DNA from: Camelus dromedarius
Lineage: Eukaryota
Assembly (NCBI RefSeq): GCF_036321535.1
Contig: NC_087472.1
Span: 100,504,001 to 100,568,000, forward strand
Length of the DNA stretch: 64,000 nucleotides
Reading direction: 5' to 3'
The translations under genes and the position numbers were made by a program. Every line of letters starts with the position of its first letter. The first letter of the stretch is position 1. Below the pieces are notes generated by a model that worked only from the letters and a program-made list of their open reading frames with translations, ran no database searches and was not told the origin of the DNA. Of the stretch, positions 59,890 to 64,000 are shown piece after piece.

Positions 59890-61420
59890 TATATGAATTT
59901 GAAAACATGTATAGAGTCATGTAACCACCACCATAATCAAGATACAAAGCAGTTCCTTCAACTAAAAAATTTCCCTCCTGCTACCCCTTTATAGTCATAC
60001 ACTCTGCCTACCCCCTAATCTCTGAAAACCATTGATCAGTTCTCTATCATTACAGTTTTGTCTTTTCAAGGATGTCATGTAAGTGGAATCAAATGATATG
60101 TAACCTTTAAGAGTAGCTTCTTTCACTTAGTATAATGCCTGTGAGATTTGTCTAAGTTGTGCATATCAGTAGTTTGTTCTTTTTTCATTGCTGAGTAGTA
60201 TTCACTATATGGACATATCACATTGTGTTTATCCATTCACCCATTGAAGGAAATTTGAGTTACTTTCAGTTTCTGGCAGTTACAAATCGAACTGTTTTAA
60301 ACATGCATGTAGAGGTCTGCATTTCTCTAGGGTAAATATGTAGGAACAAGTTTACTGGGTTGTAGGGTAAGCATACATTCAACTTCATTAGAAATTGCCA
60401 AACTTGTTGTCTAGAGTGGTAGCACTATTTTGCAATCCCACCAGCAATGTATGAGATTTCAAGTGGCTCCGTGTCCCTGTCAACACTTAGTACTGGCAGT
60501 ACTTTTTAGCCATTTTAATAGGTACGTAGTAGTATCTCACAGTGGTTTTAATTTGCATTTCTTTAATAGCTAATGATGGTGAACTTGTTTTTATGTGCTT
60601 ATTTACCATCCATATATTCTCTTTGGTGAAGTATCTGTTTAAGCTTTTTTTTTAAAACCAATTTTTTTTTAAATTAGGTTATTTGTTTTCTTTCTGTTGA
60701 GTTTTGAGTGTTCTTTCTATATTCTGGATACAATTCCTTTCTTGAATATGTGACTTGCAAATAGTTTCTCCCAGTCTGTAGCTTGTCTTTTTATCTCAAC
60801 AGTGTCTTTCACAGAGCAAAAGTTTTTAATTTTAATGAAGTCTAGTTTATCAGTTTTTCTTCTATGGATGGTGCTTTTGGTATCATGGCTAATTCTGTCT
60901 AACTCTAAGTCATGAAGATTTTTATTCTCTGTTTTCTTATAAAAGTTTTATAGGTTTACATTTTACATTTAGATCTGTGATCCATTTTGAGTTAACTTTT
61001 ATATAAGGTGTGGGATTTAGATTGAGATTCATTTTCTTACATATGGATGTCCAGTTGTTCCAATACCATCTATTAAAAAGGCTGTCCTCTCTCCCTTTGT
61101 CTTTAGGCCTTTGTCAAAAGTCAGTTTGTCATATTTGCATGGATCTATTTCTGTCTCTATTCTGTTCTAGCCACTATGTGTCTATCCCTTTACCTCTTTT
61201 TTTTTTTTTAGCTTTTGTTTATTTTTTTTTCTACATTTTTTTATTAATAGTCATTTTACAATGTTGTGTTATCCCTTTGCCTCTTGTGAGGTACATACAT
61301 ATTTTAGGATTATTATGTCTTCATGGTGAACTGACCCTTTTCACTATTATATAATATCCCTCTGTATCTGTGGTCATTTTCTTTGCTATGAAGTCTCCTT
61401 TGTCTGATATTTATTAATAT
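59890..61420 (-). mobile_element. L1MB-like element with a nested 71-bp younger L1 tail (61199-61269)
   Basis: Continuous L1 antisense motifs cccaccagcaatgtatgag, ggttttaatttgcatttc, gatgtccagttgttccaatacc. Confidence 0.85.
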
Positions 61421-61659
61421 TTGAGGTACTTCTCAAGTCCTTTCCTCTCTTCCCCCTACCTTAAAGAGTAGGACTTCCAGTTTATTACTTTAGCACTTTT
61501 TTTTCCTAAGCCAAAAAGCAAAATTCCAGTGGTTTATCACCGTCTTTATCTCTGATCACTTCACATTCACTGATTGGTGGGCTGTAGAGGGATCCCAGCC
61601 CATCACAGCTAACAGGTGAGGTCACCATGACAGCATAGTTCTCCACAATTATTCACATA

Positions 61660-62540
61660 ATAATTGTTTACATAGTTGTTCACATAATAGTTGTTCACAG
61701 TTATTTGCTTCTCATCCCTGGGGAGGCTTCCACATCCCTACCCTTTTGAACTTAGCAATGGCCATGTCACTTGCTTTCATCAATGAAATGAGGGAGGAAT
61801 TGATATGTGTGAGTTCTGACCAGCAGCTGTAAGAGGCAGCTGATGGTTCACTGTGTTCTTTCTTCTCCTCTGCCATGAGATGGGCAGTGTTGTGGATACA
61901 GGCTGCTCCAGTAGCCTGGTTCCTAGAGGGAGGATAACACAGAGCAGAACCACAGCTGACCAGTGATGGACGTAAGGCATAGACAAGAAATATAAGGCAC
62001 CTAGAGTTTAATGTTGTTCATTACCACAGCACAGGGGCCAAGCCCTGAGCCCAATCCATTCTAGGCTTAAGGGCCCTACCCATTTCTTTCATAAACAGGA
62101 GCCAAGAAAGCCACTTGCCCTAAATTAGAAACGAAGAAATGTTGGAGAGGGGCCAACAAGTGACTGGAGTTAAAAGACAAACTGCGCAGCTGTTGGCCCC
62201 TTGCCCTTGATGAAACACAGTTTATGTTAGGCTCATCTATCTTGGGCCTCTTCTAGAGTTTAAACATGGCATTGTCAGTTCCCTGCAGGGGACTGCTGAG
62301 TCCCAGCGCAGGTCTGTGCTATCTCGTCTGACACTGCATTGGGACACTACCCTTGACTCTTTGCAGCTCTCCTCATAGCTCCCCCATCCTCTTCCTATAA
62401 GGGCATTAATCCCATTCATGAGAGCTCTGCCCACATGACCCAGTTATCTCCCAAAGGCCCCACTTCCAAATACTGTCACATTGGGAATTAGATTTCAACA
62501 TGTGAATTTTGAGGAGACACAGACTTTCAGTCCATAGTAT
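61660..62540. mobile_element. MLT1 (MaLR) LTR fragments
   Basis: ggccatgtcacttgcttt..caatgaaatg; ctcccaaaggccccacttccaaatactgtcacattggg. Confidence 0.7.
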
Positions 62541-63489
62541 GAAGTATTCCTTTTGCTGAGTGCAGTAGCACCCCAATTTAACATGGCTTGTGTATGCACT
62601 TTTGAATGTGGGGATCCCCTGAAACACCCAGATTGCTTCTCTGTAGTGGAACAAGGGTTCAGACATTCTGGCTCTGGGTAGGGATGAACTGATCCACTTC
62701 AGCAGTTAAACTCAAACTAAAGAATCAAAGAAGTGACTTTCAGTTAACAGGACAGTGACATTTCATAATCCAAACCACACTTGGCACTATGTGTAAGCAG
62801 TCTCTGCTGTGTCATTGGAAGGCTTGTTGTCTCAAGGGACTCATGGTTGATGGGTATGCCAGGAAGGGGCTGAGTTCTTTCTCTGGATCTCCTGATGGTT
62901 TCCTGCCCCCAGGTTTACTCAGAACAAAGATGCTTATGATATACCTTGTTGGGTATAGTGATTTTTTAAAAAAGAACTCCGATAGTCTGCTATTGGAATA
63001 GGACTTGTACCTTCTCTAAGCTATTCCTAGACTTCACTTCTGGTTGACTTTAATATCATTGATTTGTAGTTGTTTACTGTAGAGCAGTATCAATACACTG
63101 AATGCTGCTGCCCCTGAAGGCACTGTCAGTTGAGTTTTAGTTGTTTTTCAAGAGGGCATAGATTAATTAAAGGAAAAAGTTAAATATTTAATTCCCTTAG
63201 GTGGGACCATCTGAGACTATGCCAATATTTTTTTTACCTTATAACCTTGGTATTATCACTTTGAAAGTACCCAACAGAGTTTTTTTTTAATGAGCCCTCT
63301 CGTAAATAATGTGGTACCCTTTTGAGTAATATTTTAAGGTGGCGAGGTTCTGATTGCTATGATGTATTTTATTAGATACATATTTATTTGCATAATTTCA
63401 GGAAAGGTCAATAGAGGCTTTATCTTTATGTGACTCTTTTCCTATCTTATCCATTTTATTTCTAGACACAGAGTTTGTTAGGACTAGAT

Positions 63490-64000
63490 TCTTAAAAAAA
63501 TAGCTTTATTGAGATATAATTTATTTGCCATATAGTTCATCTAGTATATACAATTTAACGGTTTTTAGCACATTCACAAAGTTGTGCATCACCACCACAA
63601 TCAATTTTAGAACATTTTCATCATCCTCAGAAAGGGAAAAAAACCTGTTAGTAGTCACTCATTCCCCATTTCCTCTCACCCTACTCCCACCCGCAGCTCT
63701 GGACAGCTACTCATATACTTCTTCTCTATAAGTTTCCTATTCTGGATGTTCTGTACAATTGGAATCATATGATATGTGGACTTTTGTGATTGGCTTCTTT
63801 TACTTAACATAATGTTTTCAAGGTTCATCCATACTATAGCATGTGTTAGTACTTCATTCCTTTTTCTTGCTGAATAACATTTCCTTGTTTGTATGGATCA
63901 CATTTTGTTTATCCATTCATCAGTTGATGGACACTTGAGTTGTCTTCTCTGTGGGGCTATTATGAATAATGCTGTTATGAACATTTGTGTACATTTTTTG
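63490..64000 (-). mobile_element. L1MB/MA 3' end running off the window
   Basis: agctttattgagatataatt...ccattcatcagttgatggacacttgagttg. Confidence 0.88.

Noticed and set aside
61650..61705. Short degenerate tandem repeat (tagttgttcacataa); similar micro-duplications near 27520, 32388 and 35483
   Set aside because: Ordinary replication-slippage duplications with no spacers or regularity.

Overview
Mammalian genomic DNA with no prokaryotic systems. Bases 2363-43640 (+) hold the 3' 25 coding exons and 3'UTR of the adhesion GPCR ADGRG2 (GPR64/HE6). I reconstructed these by hand: 2912 coding nt, all junction phases consistent, GPS site HL|TSF, 7TM region, stop at 42069-42071, AATAAA at 43613. The signal-peptide exons lie upstream of the window. 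About 1 kb after the poly(A) signal is a CpG island carrying coding exon 1 of PHKA2 (45766-45843, [26 protein letters not shown]); the rest of the window appears to be PHKA2 intron 1. This gene order matches the mammalian X chromosome (recalled). The host is probably a cetartiodactyl, likely a camelid (inferred from L1 3' ends and the lack of Alu/Bov-tA/CHR/Can SINEs). Introns contain MIR, L2, L1, MER5/20/58/91, MLT1 and five solo ERV LTRs. I found no evidence of a wholly new biological system. The most interesting items are a GT/GC tandem donor that toggles an N-glycosylation sequon, a cluster of symmetric micro-exons mostly carrying sequons, LTR orientation bias, and several nested insertions with intact target-site duplications (TSDs). 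Repeat family names come from remembered consensus sequences and need RepeatMasker/Dfam confirmation.
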